Source: a virus. Taken from it: DNA of 64,000 bases. The DNA lies in IMG/VR virus record IMGVR_UViG_3300031576_000028, positions 1 to 64,000 of that record. One strand, 5' to 3'. A model generated the notes under the pieces. The model had not been told where the DNA came from. It made no database searches and worked only from the letters and a program-made list of their open reading frames with translations. Positions 47,009-56,352 of this stretch are shown here, piece by piece (the stretch's first letter is position 1; each line of letters starts with the position of its first letter). The position numbers and the translations under genes were made by a program.

Positions 47009-47475
47009 GACATCAGCCTATCACAGAGGTCGAGCGCGGCCCGCACGAGGTGGGAGGCGGTCACCGGGCTGACCACCTTGGTCACGTTGTTGGACCCGCG
47101 CTCCTTGACCACGACCTCGACGACGCCGCCGTCGGTGTGGTTGGAGCGCCGCGGCTTGCGGCCGGTCGCGATGGCGGCGCACTCCAGGTCCTTCCTGCGG
47201 ACCGCGTCGCGGGCCGAGACCTCGTACTCCATGACTGCCTGCTCGAGGCTGGCTCGGCGCTCCAGCTCACCTAGCAGGCACCGCTCTTTGATCCTCGCGA
47301 GCGTCAGCGGCCACGAGCCTAGCCCGCATCCGATCGTGGCCCTGACCTGCTTCAGCTCCGCGGAGATCGACGTGGCGTCCATGGTCCGCACGCGACCGGA
47401 CCACTTCACACCCTCGTCCTCGAGCTTCTGGGCCGCGGGCCCCTCGCTCGAGCGCTTCTGCTTCTTCTTCACCAT
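47005..47475 (-). CDS. Hypothetical protein
   Basis: Coupled ORF, GC3 bias. Confidence 0.6.
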   Translation of the reverse strand: MVKKKQKRSSEGPAAQKLEDEGVKWSGRVRTMDATSISAELKQVRATIGCGLGSWPLTLARIKERCLLGELERRASLEQAVMEYEVSARDAVRRKDLECAAIATGRKPRRSNHTDGGVVEVVVKERGSNNVTKVVSPVTASHLVRAALDLCDRLMS

Positions 47476-48011
47476 GCCACCGGACTTGCGAGCGCGGGGC
47501 CCGTCCTCCTACCGCGGATCGCCGCGGCCAGCCCCAGCCGCTCGCTCGTGGTCCGACAGCCGCCAGTGGTGGTCCTCCCGTCGGCGCACGCGTTGAGGTA
47601 CGGGAGGCCCCCGGCGTAGCCGGCGAGTCCGCACGCGATCGAACCGCGGCACCTAGGATGGGCCCGCCACCGGCCGAGCAGCTCAGCGCCGGCGAGGTAG
47701 CCGGCCGCGAGGCTCGACCGCAGGCGCCGGCAGTCGGCGAGACCGCGCCCCGTGGCCTGGGCCACGCCGCACGACAAGGCCCCGGAGCGCTCGACGAACA
47801 CGACGTCGGCGCGGTAGTTGGACTCGCCGCGAGCGATCGCGAGGAGCACCGCGTGGTCCTGCCCCGTCGCGAGCTCGGCCGCGCGGGCGGCGCCGAGGTG
47901 CTCGCGCGCCTGGTCCGAGGTCAGGTATCGCGGGGCGACCGAGCGGAGGCGCTCGACGTCGGCCGGCTCGGCGAGCCAGGCCAGGAGGGCCGCCATGGCC
48001 TCCAGCAGCAC
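47469..48011 (-). CDS. Lytic transglycosylase (SLT-like)
   Basis: LLAIARGESNY...CGVAQ...GAELL...LAGYAGG. Confidence 0.7.
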   Translation of the reverse strand: MLLEAMAALLAWLAEPADVERLRSVAPRYLTSDQAREHLGAARAAELATGQDHAVLLAIARGESNYRADVVFVERSGALSCGVAQATGRGLADCRRLRSSLAAGYLAGAELLGRWRAHPRCRGSIACGLAGYAGGLPYLNACADGRTTTGGCRTTSERLGLAAAIRGRRTGPALASPVAW

Positions 48012-48034
48012 GACGTCTACCTCATCCCGACCTC

Positions 48035-48400
48035 CTACGCCACGCCGATCTCACCCTCGCCATCGATCGTAAGCGCCGAGGCGGCAGCAGATCCGCCAAC
48101 AAGGAAGTCGGCGACGTCGAGGCGCAGCATCCCATACCAGTCGTACGCGTCGTTCGCGGCGATCGCCTTGCCCTGCCCGATGACCTCGGTGCCGGCCACG
48201 TTGCCGTTGGTGATCCCCAACCACAGCGAGAATGTCGCTGGGGATGCGGTCTTGTTGACGATCCTGATGTGCCGGAGCACGATGTACTGCCCGGATGCTC
48301 CTCCGTTGACCCCGCCGGTAGCGCCGGCAGGGTTGAGGATGTTCGTGGTGAGAACCGTGGTCAGTGCCACTGGTCCTAGTCTGAAGACTTTGTTCGCCAT
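48035..48400 (-). CDS. Putative virion structural protein
   Basis: AAGGAG RBS; beta-rich, resembles the N-terminal domain of 49254..50846. Confidence 0.7.
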   Translation of the reverse strand: MANKVFRLGPVALTTVLTTNILNPAGATGGVNGGASGQYIVLRHIRIVNKTASPATFSLWLGITNGNVAGTEVIGQGKAIAANDAYDWYGMLRLDVADFLVGGSAAASALTIDGEGEIGVA

Positions 48401-48432
48401 CTCGGTTCTCCTTGCCCGTTGTTACCACAAGC

Positions 48433-48642
48433 TCAGCCGGCGCTCGACCACCACCAGTGGCCGCACAGCAGGCCCATGCCGAATGCCACCAGGAGGCGGA
48501 GCGGTGGCCAGACCTTCGCCCACGCACGAAGTCGCTCGCTATACGTGTTGCCGTCGCGCCGGTCGAGCGCCAGCCAGACGTCGGCTCCGATGAACGCTGC
48601 CGCGAAGCTGATCATGATGATGGCGGTTGCTGTGTTGCTCAT
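48433..48642 (-). CDS. Small two-TM membrane protein
   Basis: Two hydrophobic helices. Confidence 0.6.
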   Translation of the reverse strand: MSNTATAIIMISFAAAFIGADVWLALDRRDGNTYSERLRAWAKVWPPLRLLVAFGMGLLCGHWWWSSAG

Positions 48643-48660
48643 GGATCCATACCCGTCCGG

Positions 48661-49257
48661 TCAGAATACTAGCTCCAGCAGCGACATCGAACAGCCGCGG
48701 ATCAGCAGCGACACAGCGCCGCCGAGCCTGCCCTGGAGCACGAACTCGCACTCGCTCGGCGACGGCGGCTGGTTGGTGCTGAACTGGAGCAACACCCACG
48801 CGCCAGCCGAATCGGCGACCGGCTTGACGGCGGAGATGGCGCGTTCGGCACCGCCGAGCGCGCGCTCGACCACCCTCAACTCCGCTCCGGCGCCGACGCA
48901 GAGGACGGAGGCGTTGATGCGGCCGAACAGGCCAGCCGCGTTGACGGAGAAGAAGCCGGCGTTGGTGACGACGACGCCGAGGTCGGCCCAGTCGAGGCCG
49001 GCGACGATCTTCTCCCCAGGTATCAGCGTCGTGCTGACGTGGAACTTCACCGTCGGGGGCGAGCCCGCCGGAGGTGCAAACTGGCCGCCAGCGTACGACC
49101 AACCTGGACCAGGCGTGGGCTGAAGGTCGGTGACGTCGACGGCGACCTCGAACTGCGCGAAGTACCCTGGGGACTGTTCTTGGAACGTCCCCAGGTCGTC
49201 GACCACGATAACGTCGACGACCTTGCCGACGGAGATCATGGCGACGGTGCGCGTCAC
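48661..49257 (-). CDS. Fibre-associated / tail fibre assembly-like protein
   Basis: AMISVGKVVDVIV...PGPGWSYAGGQFAPP pattern commonly found after Gly-rich fibres. Confidence 0.6.
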   Translation of the reverse strand: MTRTVAMISVGKVVDVIVVDDLGTFQEQSPGYFAQFEVAVDVTDLQPTPGPGWSYAGGQFAPPAGSPPTVKFHVSTTLIPGEKIVAGLDWADLGVVVTNAGFFSVNAAGLFGRINASVLCVGAGAELRVVERALGGAERAISAVKPVADSAGAWVLLQFSTNQPPSPSECEFVLQGRLGGAVSLLIRGCSMSLLELVF

Positions 49258-50846
49258 GCAGGCTCCATGACATAGAAGATCACGAGCTGGCCGCCGCTGC
49301 CCGCACCACCAACCGCCCCGTTTCCGCCGGCCCCGCCGGTGACGCTGCCAGCGCCACCACCACCGCCACCGCTCGCGCCCGATCCGCCGCGACCGTTGGT
49401 TCCCGCGCCGCCGGCCACGCCAGGACTGCCGACTCCACCAGTGCCGATCGCCCCGGCCCCGCCGTTCGCACCGTTGACCGGCGTCCCGCCTGACGCCGCC
49501 GCCCCCTGGAACACCGCGACCTCGTCGCCGAGACCACCAGCACCCGATGCCCCGGATGCGCCGCCACCTCCGCGTGCGCCACCCTCACCGGCACCGCCGG
49601 TTCCTCCAGCGCCGCCCGCGATGACGGTCGCGGTCGGCGACGCCGTGTAAAAGACCGCGACCTGCGCAGCCGAGATACCACCATTGCCGCCGGCCGTGCC
49701 CGTGACACCACCACCAGCGCCGCTCGTCCCGCTCCCTTGGCTGATGCTCGACTCGGCGCCATAGCGAGCGGCGAACGAACCACCAGCCGCTCCAGCGGCA
49801 CCGCCGGCCGATCCCGTACCTGCGCCGCCCCTACCCGGGGCCGGGGCGCCCGCACCGGCCCCGCCGATGCCGGACGCGCCGGTCCACCACGCGGCGAGCG
49901 TCGTGCCGCCATCGAGGAACTTGGTAGCCCCTCCGTTGGCTCCCACGCCGCCGGCCGTGCCCGCGACCAATGCGGCACCGCCAACGCCAGCGGTACCGCC
50001 AGCGCCACCGGCTCCGATCGTGACGGTGTACGTCGTCATCGGGGTGACCGATACCTGGAGCCGGAACGAGTTGGCGCCGCCACCTCCAGAGCCACTCCGG
50101 CCGCCGCCGCCACCGCCGTCGGATGGTCCGCCAGATCCGCCGCCGCCGCCACCAGAGCCCGCGCCGCCACCGGCTCCCGGTCGACCGATTAGGGTCACCT
50201 TGGTCACGCCCGGCGGGCATACCCACGAACTGGACGCAGCGAACACCTCGGCGACCACGCGAGCGCGCGGGCTCAGCGGTCCGAGCCAGTGCAGCTCGGG
50301 GATGTCAGGCGACGGGGTGACCATGAACAAGGCCGGGCCGTCGACGCCGCGTACTCCGTCGGCGCCAGGCGGACCAGGCGGACCGGGTTGACCTTCGTCT
50401 CCCTCTTCCCCCTGAGCGCCGACGAGGCCCTGCGGTCCCTGTTGACCAACCGGTCCGGTGACACCAGCACGGAGGCTACCGTCAGCGTTGTAGTAGTGCC
50501 ACCCGTCCGCGTCGAGCACCGCGTGGCCGTTTGCGACGATGGAGATCGATCCGGTCAGTTGATTTCCGGGCGCTGTTCCACCGCGGTAGATGACCACGCC
50601 GGAGACGTCGACTCCGGTCGCGTTGGCGAGGTGCAGCGACTTGACCAGCGCCCTGAGCGGGCTCGCCGGCGCCGCATAGATCACCCCGGCGACCGCGGCG
50701 AGCTGACCCTGCGCGAGCACCTTGTAGTCTGGCGGGAGCGCGGCGTTCGCCGGGGTGTGGACCTCGCAGCCGAACAGCGTGAACGTGATCGCCGCCGGCG
50801 TGCCGGCGACGCCGGCCAGGGTGTCTAGGCTACCGAGCGTGAGCAT
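49254..50846 (-). CDS. Collagen-like plus glycine-rich fibre protein
   Basis: (GXY)n run, then FAASSSWVCPPGVTKVTLIG and long Gly-rich repeats ending GSGGQLVIFY. Confidence 0.8.
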   Translation of the reverse strand: MLTLGSLDTLAGVAGTPAAITFTLFGCEVHTPANAALPPDYKVLAQGQLAAVAGVIYAAPASPLRALVKSLHLANATGVDVSGVVIYRGGTAPGNQLTGSISIVANGHAVLDADGWHYYNADGSLRAGVTGPVGQQGPQGLVGAQGEEGDEGQPGPPGPPGADGVRGVDGPALFMVTPSPDIPELHWLGPLSPRARVVAEVFAASSSWVCPPGVTKVTLIGRPGAGGGAGSGGGGGGSGGPSDGGGGGGRSGSGGGGANSFRLQVSVTPMTTYTVTIGAGGAGGTAGVGGAALVAGTAGGVGANGGATKFLDGGTTLAAWWTGASGIGGAGAGAPAPGRGGAGTGSAGGAAGAAGGSFAARYGAESSISQGSGTSGAGGGVTGTAGGNGGISAAQVAVFYTASPTATVIAGGAGGTGGAGEGGARGGGGASGASGAGGLGDEVAVFQGAAASGGTPVNGANGGAGAIGTGGVGSPGVAGGAGTNGRGGSGASGGGGGGAGSVTGGAGGNGAVGGAGSGGQLVIFYVMEPA

Positions 50847-50849
50847 TGG

Positions 50850-51458
50850 TCACCCGCACATGAAGAAGAGGAAGGCCTCGTCGCCGCCGCCCGTGCCCTT
50901 GTCGCCGTCGCGACCGGGGCCGCCGCCCCGGGTCGGGTACGGGCGGTCGAAGACGTACTTCTTGAGCTCGCGGTCGTGGGCGGCGAGCGTGCGGCGGACG
51001 TCGTCGACGCCATCCGCCGCCGGGCCCTGTGGTCCCCGCCCTCCGATGGGGCCCTGCGGTCCCGCCTGGCCGATCATGCCGCGGGGGCCGGTGGGGCCGA
51101 CCCGACCCTCAGGACCCTCCTGCCCCTCCTCGCCCCGGGGGCCCTGCTCGCCGTCGCGGCCCGGCGTCCCGCGGTCGCCCTTCTCCCCTCGGTCGCCCTT
51201 CTCGCCCGGCGCCCCGCTGGGACCCAGCTCGCCGCGCGCGCCCTGAGGTCCGCGCTCGCCGCGCTCGCCTCGGTCGCCGTCATCCCCGTCCTTGCCGGGC
51301 GGCCCCTCGACGACCATGACCCGTCCCGGCGGCCCGGCCGGGCCGGGCGCGCCCCTGGGCCCGGAGGCGGGCGGCGCGGCGGCGCGCCTCAGCCCGTCGA
51401 GCTCGCGCTTGATCCGCGAGAGCTGGTGCTCGAGGTCGTCGACGCGGGCGTCACTCAC
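50850..51458 (-). CDS. Collagen triple-helix repeat protein
   Basis: N-terminal coiled coil and a long uninterrupted GXY tract. Confidence 0.85.
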   Translation of the reverse strand: MSDARVDDLEHQLSRIKRELDGLRRAAAPPASGPRGAPGPAGPPGRVMVVEGPPGKDGDDGDRGERGERGPQGARGELGPSGAPGEKGDRGEKGDRGTPGRDGEQGPRGEEGQEGPEGRVGPTGPRGMIGQAGPQGPIGGRGPQGPAADGVDDVRRTLAAHDRELKKYVFDRPYPTRGGGPGRDGDKGTGGGDEAFLFFMCG

Positions 51459-51515
51459 CGCGAGAACCTACCACGGTGGGCGGCGGCGGCACAACTAGAA
51501 CGCCGATCGCCTCCC

Positions 51516-51743
51516 TCACTTGGGATCCTTGGGCTCGACGGCCATGTGCGCCGTCATCCGGTCGACGTCGTACTCCACGCGCACGCGCAGCTGGTCGACC
51601 GCGGACCAGACGTTCTTGTCGTTGACCGACGGGCGCTCGATGCGGAGCTTCTCGACCACGGCGTTCGGGATCCCGCGGTCCTCCATCCAAGCGCGGATGG
51701 CCTCGCGGACCTCGAGGTCGGTGATCGTCACCTCGACCCTCAC
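51516..51743 (-). CDS. Hypothetical protein
   Basis: GC3 bias. Confidence 0.6.
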   Translation of the reverse strand: MRVEVTITDLEVREAIRAWMEDRGIPNAVVEKLRIERPSVNDKNVWSAVDQLRVRVEYDVDRMTAHMAVEPKDPK

Positions 51744-52635
51744 GGCCTACCACGGACCTTGTCGATCCTGCCGAACGTTCCTATGCTCATGGTCCCTGGT
51801 CCTGGTCGTACTCCCTGCTCCTCAGGCGCCGCTCCTCCTGCGCTCGGCGGACGTACTCGAAGTTATGCCGACGCGCGTCCAGTTCGGCCATCGTCGGCCA
51901 GCTGCTAGGCGGGCGACCCTCGTTCAGGGCGCCGGAGCACGTCCGGCAGCACCGGCGCTTCGGCGGACCGCGGAGCACGCGCCTGGGTGCTCGCCGTGCG
52001 CCTGGTCGCCTCGATGGGCCTGACCCGCGAGCAGGTCAGGGAGGCCCTGCCCCCCGCTTGGCGCCCGGAGGTGGTGGTCGAGCACAACCACTCGACGCGC
52101 GCCATCCTGCGCCGCAGGCTCTGCCCCGCGTGCGACGAGCACCACGCCCGGCAGGACGCCAGGCGCCTGAGCGGTATCCCGAACGTGGCCGCCGAAATCT
52201 TCGACTGGAGGCGCTCGCCGGCCACGCCGGAGCAGGTCGACGGCGAGGTGCTCTGGGGCCGCCGCGATCAGCAAAATCGTGGTAAGTGCCGCGGCTGCGG
52301 TTGCGGGCCACTGACCCTGCTCGGGCGGTGGGCCTGCTCGGCGAGGTTGTGCTCGCGGAACCTCCGGAGCCTCTTGCCGCACGCGGCGCAGGCCGAGACA
52401 TCGCTGGCGATCACATACTGGCTCTTCTTGAGCACCTTCACTTGGCCCGGCTCCCTCGAACGTCCTTCGTGTGGAGCGCCGGTCGTCGCAGGATGCTGGA
52501 CGAAGCCGTGAAGTTGATGTCCTTGGTCGCGGCGACCTTACGCTTGGTCGTCTTTCCCGCTCGCGATACTTGATTCTCGATCTTGATCTTCTGCATGCCC
52601 CGGGCCTTGCCGATCCTGCCAGGCGTTCCGACGAC

Positions 52636-53373
52636 CTACTCGGCGTCGCCCCTCTTCAGACCGCCGTCCAGGACGATGAGGCCGCGGGCCGCGGCGCGCT
52701 GCAGGACCGCGTCCTGGTAGCCGGCCAGCCTGACGAGCTCGCCGAGCGGCATGCCGTCCAGCTCGGTCTCCACGCCGATGATGGTCGTGGGGTCGCCGTG
52801 GTACAGGCGCTCCATCTCCATCGCCATCTGCCCGGCGGCCGCGATCTCGCGGAGCATGGAGCTGAAGCGGCGGCCGATCGCGGAGAGCTGGTTCAGCTCC
52901 TTGGCGGTCAGCGGGCCGCCCTGCGCGATGTTGATCAGCTCGTCGCCGACCCGCCGCATGCTCGCCTTGAGGCCCTCGGTCGCCCCGGTCGCCGCGGCCA
53001 TCGCGCGGATGGCGGCCTGCCGGCTGAGGACGATCAGCGCGGCCTCCTCCTTGCGGGCGCTGAGGGCCGCCTGGCGGACGGCCTCGCGATCGCGCTCGGC
53101 CTCGGTCAGCTGGATGTCTTCCATGAGGGAGGCGCGCTCCTCCTCCAGGGCGTGGCGACCGCGGGCGAGCTCGACGTCCTCCGTGATCAGGACCCGTATG
53201 GGCTTGGAACCCCAGGGCCTGTCGGTGTAGCCTTTGTCCCAGGCGTGCTTGGCGGTCTTGCGTTGGACCATGGCGTGGCGGCTCGCGGCCGAGTGGTTGC
53301 CCGGGTCCGCGCGGTAGGCCTCGAGGAGCTTGTCCCACGTGGGCTGGTCGACGCGTCCCCTGGAGGTGCCCAT
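52636..53373 (-). CDS. Putative terminase small subunit (N-terminal HTH plus helical domain)
   Basis: LLEAYRADPGNHSAASRHAMV.RKTA..AW HTH; MERLYHGDPT C-terminal pattern; first gene of the minus-strand block. Confidence 0.5.
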   Translation of the reverse strand: MGTSRGRVDQPTWDKLLEAYRADPGNHSAASRHAMVQRKTAKHAWDKGYTDRPWGSKPIRVLITEDVELARGRHALEEERASLMEDIQLTEAERDREAVRQAALSARKEEAALIVLSRQAAIRAMAAATGATEGLKASMRRVGDELINIAQGGPLTAKELNQLSAIGRRFSSMLREIAAAGQMAMEMERLYHGDPTTIIGVETELDGMPLGELVRLAGYQDAVLQRAAARGLIVLDGGLKRGDAE

Positions 53374-53461
53374 GCCTGTGTACCTAGCCCTAGCAGGTGG
53401 TCAGTCGGTGGTCAACAGTTGAGGCTCGGAAGGCGCCGGCTGGTCACTAAGTCCACCGCCG

Positions 53462-53674
53462 ATGGCCGGCAAGCGCGTCCATAGGACCCACCCGGGGCTC
53501 AAGCTCGACCTGGTCAGGCGCGAGACCCGCCACCTGGACTGCGTCGACGCCTCGGAGGGCTCGAGGGCGGAGGTCGACTGCTACCAGGTGGAGAACTTCG
53601 AGTACACGATCCTGTGCTGCCGGCGCTGCGCGATCAGGCTGGCCGTGGCGATCCTGGAGGCCGAGGTTGGCTAG
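53462..53674 (+). CDS. Small Cys-rich protein
   Basis: C..D...CCRRC; first gene of the plus-strand block. Confidence 0.6.
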   Translation: MAGKRVHRTHPGLKLDLVRRETRHLDCVDASEGSRAEVDCYQVENFEYTILCCRRCAIRLAVAILEAEVG

Positions 53675-53746
53675 CCATGGACGGGCGCCCGTCTGCCGGC
53701 GTCGCGCGGTCGAGCTCGCGCTGGCGATGCTCGAGATGGAGTTCAG

Positions 53747-53956
53747 ATGATCGGCCATCGTGTGGTCTGGGTGGTTAAGGGGAGCACGCTTGGCGGGCGG
53801 ACCTACTGGGTGGCGTCGTGGGCGCCTGGCGGACCTGGGACGGAGTTCACCGGAGTGAGATCGGAGGTGGCCGAGTACCTGCGCCCCGAGGACGCCGCGG
53901 CGGCGGCCATCGACGTTGAGGAGGTGGTGGTGCAGGAGGAGATCGTACCACTGTGA
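53747..53956 (+). CDS. Small protein of the expanded VV..W..A..EDA family
   Basis: WVVKG...YW...VAEYLRPEDAAAAA..VEEV. Confidence 0.65.
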   Translation: MIGHRVVWVVKGSTLGGRTYWVASWAPGGPGTEFTGVRSEVAEYLRPEDAAAAAIDVEEVVVQEEIVPL

Positions 53957-54301
53957 GCGGCGACGCCCTGGACTTCGCGTGCGGCCTGGACAGGCTGTAC
54001 GAGGGCCAGTTCCCGGCCTACGGTTGGGTCGTGCGCTGCGTCGACGCGACGGGGTACGGGTGGTGGCTGGGGGTGGCGGGTCGCGGCCCGCGGCCTGGAG
54101 CTCGACTGGACCGAGTGCTGGGAGTTCGCTCCGACGAGGCACGTCATGCGCTTCCGATCTCGGGAGGACGCGGAGGCTGCGCTGGCGGGCGAGGTCAAGC
54201 GGCGGCTGGTCGACGCCGAGAGGGCGCGGGTCGAGGAGATCGGGGACGTGGAGGCCTGGAAGTCCGCCGTGCTCCTGGCCGAGGAGGACGAGCGTGGCTA
54301 G
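53953..54301 (+). pseudogene. Family paralogue with an apparent +1 frameshift at G5 (54069-54073)
   Basis: ...GYGWWLG joins WRVAARGLELDWTECWEF...FRSREDAEAAL...RVEEIGDVEAWK..* if one G is removed. Confidence 0.6.
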
Positions 54302-54570
54302 CGTGTTCGTGGTCGTCCACGACCCGGTACCTGGCGCGGGCCATCGGGCGGAGGGTGCCAGGTCGCCAGAAGAACTCCGGGGCGCCGCAGTGGGCCTGGG
54401 CCCCGTCCATGATCGTCATCCTGTTCCGGACGCGCGCGGCCGCCGAGGATGTCGCGGCCCAGATCTCGAGGTCGACCTACAAGAGGACCGACGGCGCGCG
54501 GGTCGAGGAGCACGACGCGGACGCGTGGGAGGCGGCGGTCCGCATCCTGCTGGTGTCGGATGGCGATTAG
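54294..54570 (+). pseudogene. Family paralogue with an apparent +1 frameshift at CCC (54323-54325)
   Basis: GAGGAGG-GTG MASVFVVVHD joins RYLARAIG...FRTRAAAEDVA...RVEEHDADAWE if one C is removed. Confidence 0.6.
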
Positions 54571-54919
54571 CAAGATCGTCTGGGTCGGCGAGGTTCGCCG
54601 GGAGTTCGTGTGGGTGCGGGACCCGGACGCCAGCGAGTACCAGCGCCCGTGCGAGGGCTGCGACGGCTACTGCGAGCTGTCGAGATCCGAGGACGAGGCG
54701 ACCAGGGAGCTCGGCGAGATCTACCAGCAGCAGTACTGCTGCGGCCGCACCCTCGTCAGGCAGACGGTCAGGTGGCGCGCGTCGATCCCGTACAGGCGCG
54801 ACCGCTCCTCGTCTCCGGATAGCGCCAGCTGGACCGGGGACGAGGAGGAGGAGTGCGTGACGCGGGCCTGGGCTAAGATCGCGGCGATGCGGCTTGACGA
54901 CGACGAGGGCGATCCGTGA
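54560..54919 (+). CDS. Cys-rich hypothetical protein
   Basis: CEGCDGYC...CCG; overlaps the upstream stop. Confidence 0.65.
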   Translation: MAISKIVWVGEVRREFVWVRDPDASEYQRPCEGCDGYCELSRSEDEATRELGEIYQQQYCCGRTLVRQTVRWRASIPYRRDRSSSPDSASWTGDEEEECVTRAWAKIAAMRLDDDEGDP

Positions 54920-55191
54920 CGGTCGACGACCTGCAGGAGTGCCTGGAGGCCGCGGAGGCCTCGATCCAGTACCTGGGACCGTGGGGGCTGACGCGGGTCG
55001 GCGGCGAGACGATCACGAAGTACGTGTGCTCGATAGGCCCCTCACACGCGTCGGAGCGGTGGCGGGTCGGGGAGTGGACGATGCGCGGCAAGGGGCGCTC
55101 CCTGCGGGAGGCCCTCGAGGACGCGCTGACGCAGCTCGCGGCCTTCGCCCTGAAGCAGGACGGCGGTGCGAAGGATCCGGCGGATCAGTAA
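54916..55191 (+). CDS. Hypothetical protein
   Basis: GTGA overlap. Confidence 0.65.
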   Translation: MTVDDLQECLEAAEASIQYLGPWGLTRVGGETITKYVCSIGPSHASERWRVGEWTMRGKGRSLREALEDALTQLAAFALKQDGGAKDPADQ

Positions 55192-55201
55192 GTCCGGCGG
55201 C

Positions 55202-55705
55202 ATGACGCAAGAGGACGACGGCGCGCTGCTCGCGCTGAGCAACCTGTGGGCCACCATTGTGCGCGTGTTCGACGAGGTGCCCGCGGCCGAGCGAATCATC
55301 TTCATGGCGCCGGACATGCAGATGACCCCGGCCAGAGACAAGATCTGGGGGTACGTCCAGACGATCGAGAAGGCGATCGGTAAGGACATCCCTAGGTGGC
55401 GAGCGTGGGCAGAGGCGGTCAGCTGCATCCTCGGTGGCTTCCGACTGAGCGCCGAGGTCGAGAAGCACCTCACCCCGGAGGCGGTCGGAGATCGCGAGCC
55501 GCAGCACGTCGAGCGCGCCAGGAGCGTCCGGCGGGAGTGGGAGCAGCTCGAGGAGACGGAGCGCGCCGCGATCGCGTTCGTGCTGGAGGTCGAGGCGGCC
55601 GGGAAGGCGGGGCCGAGGGCCACCCTGGAGAGGAGCGAGAAGTGGAGGCTCCTGCAGGCCTGCGCCGCGGCTGGTAGGCTGCGCCGCTACCAGGAGCCGG
55701 CGTGA
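55202..55705 (+). CDS. Hypothetical protein
   Basis: GC3 bias; GTGA overlap downstream. Confidence 0.65.
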   Translation: MTQEDDGALLALSNLWATIVRVFDEVPAAERIIFMAPDMQMTPARDKIWGYVQTIEKAIGKDIPRWRAWAEAVSCILGGFRLSAEVEKHLTPEAVGDREPQHVERARSVRREWEQLEETERAAIAFVLEVEAAGKAGPRATLERSEKWRLLQACAAAGRLRRYQEPA

Positions 55706-56352
55706 CCTACAAGACCCCTCCCCAGACGGCCTCGTTCTCAGCCGACTACGTCGTCGAGTGGAGCGTCGAGAACGACCCGGACAGGTACAAGAGGCTGTCG
55801 ACGGTCGGCGTCCCGACGCGCGACGAGGTCACCTACGACCGGCGCGGCAAGAAGAGGACGGAGAAGATCCCGACGCACGCGGTCGTCCTCGTCGCGCTGG
55901 AGGTCCCGCTCCCCGAGCTCGAGAAGGTGACCAGCCAGCTGAAGGCGAGCCGCCTCGTGAGGCCGATGGCGCCGGTGCTCCAGTTGATGATCGAGTCGGC
56001 GAGCGGGGCCACGGAGTGGCGCGACAGGTGCGCGAAGCTGGAGAAGGAGGTCCGTGACCTCCAGCTGCTCGCCGTCTCCAAGGCCTGCATGATCGACGCG
56101 CACGAGGTCGGCATCGCCAGGGCGTGCGACCTGACCGACGACGAACACCTGTGGAGCCGGTGCGGGGTGTCGGTGTCGAACCCCGGAGCGAAGCTGCTCG
56201 GCATCAGAAACCAGGAGGAGACCAAGAAGGAGATCAACCTGATCACCGTCGGGTCGTGCAACTACATTAAGCAGGTGAGGACGGCGCTGGACGAGAAGCG
56301 GGCCGACGTCGCCGCGCGCCTGCTGGCGGCCCTGCCCGAGGGCGACTTCTAG
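55702..56352 (+). CDS. Hypothetical protein
   Basis: AGGAG RBS; converges on queE with overlapping stops. Confidence 0.7.
   Translation: MTYKTPPQTASFSADYVVEWSVENDPDRYKRLSTVGVPTRDEVTYDRRGKKRTEKIPTHAVVLVALEVPLPELEKVTSQLKASRLVRPMAPVLQLMIESASGATEWRDRCAKLEKEVRDLQLLAVSKACMIDAHEVGIARACDLTDDEHLWSRCGVSVSNPGAKLLGIRNQEETKKEINLITVGSCNYIKQVRTALDEKRADVAARLLAALPEGDF

Noticed and set aside
7029-50846. Diversity-generating retroelement acting on the fibre genes
   Set aside because: No reverse transcriptase and no TR/VR pair with adenine-specific mismatches seen
52150-52300. Mini-CRISPR array around the 32-bp self-matching segment
   Set aside because: No direct repeats flank the segment and there are no cas genes in the window
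4636-56352. Genome-wide TAG reassignment (two internal TAGs; several TAG-GTG or TAG-NNN-ATG in-frame junctions at 4636, 7029, 9387, 24244, 38869)
   Set aside because: folE, queE, the capsid gene and the chaperone end at TAG at their expected C-termini; in-frame junctions also occur with TGA and TAA; no suppressor tRNA seen
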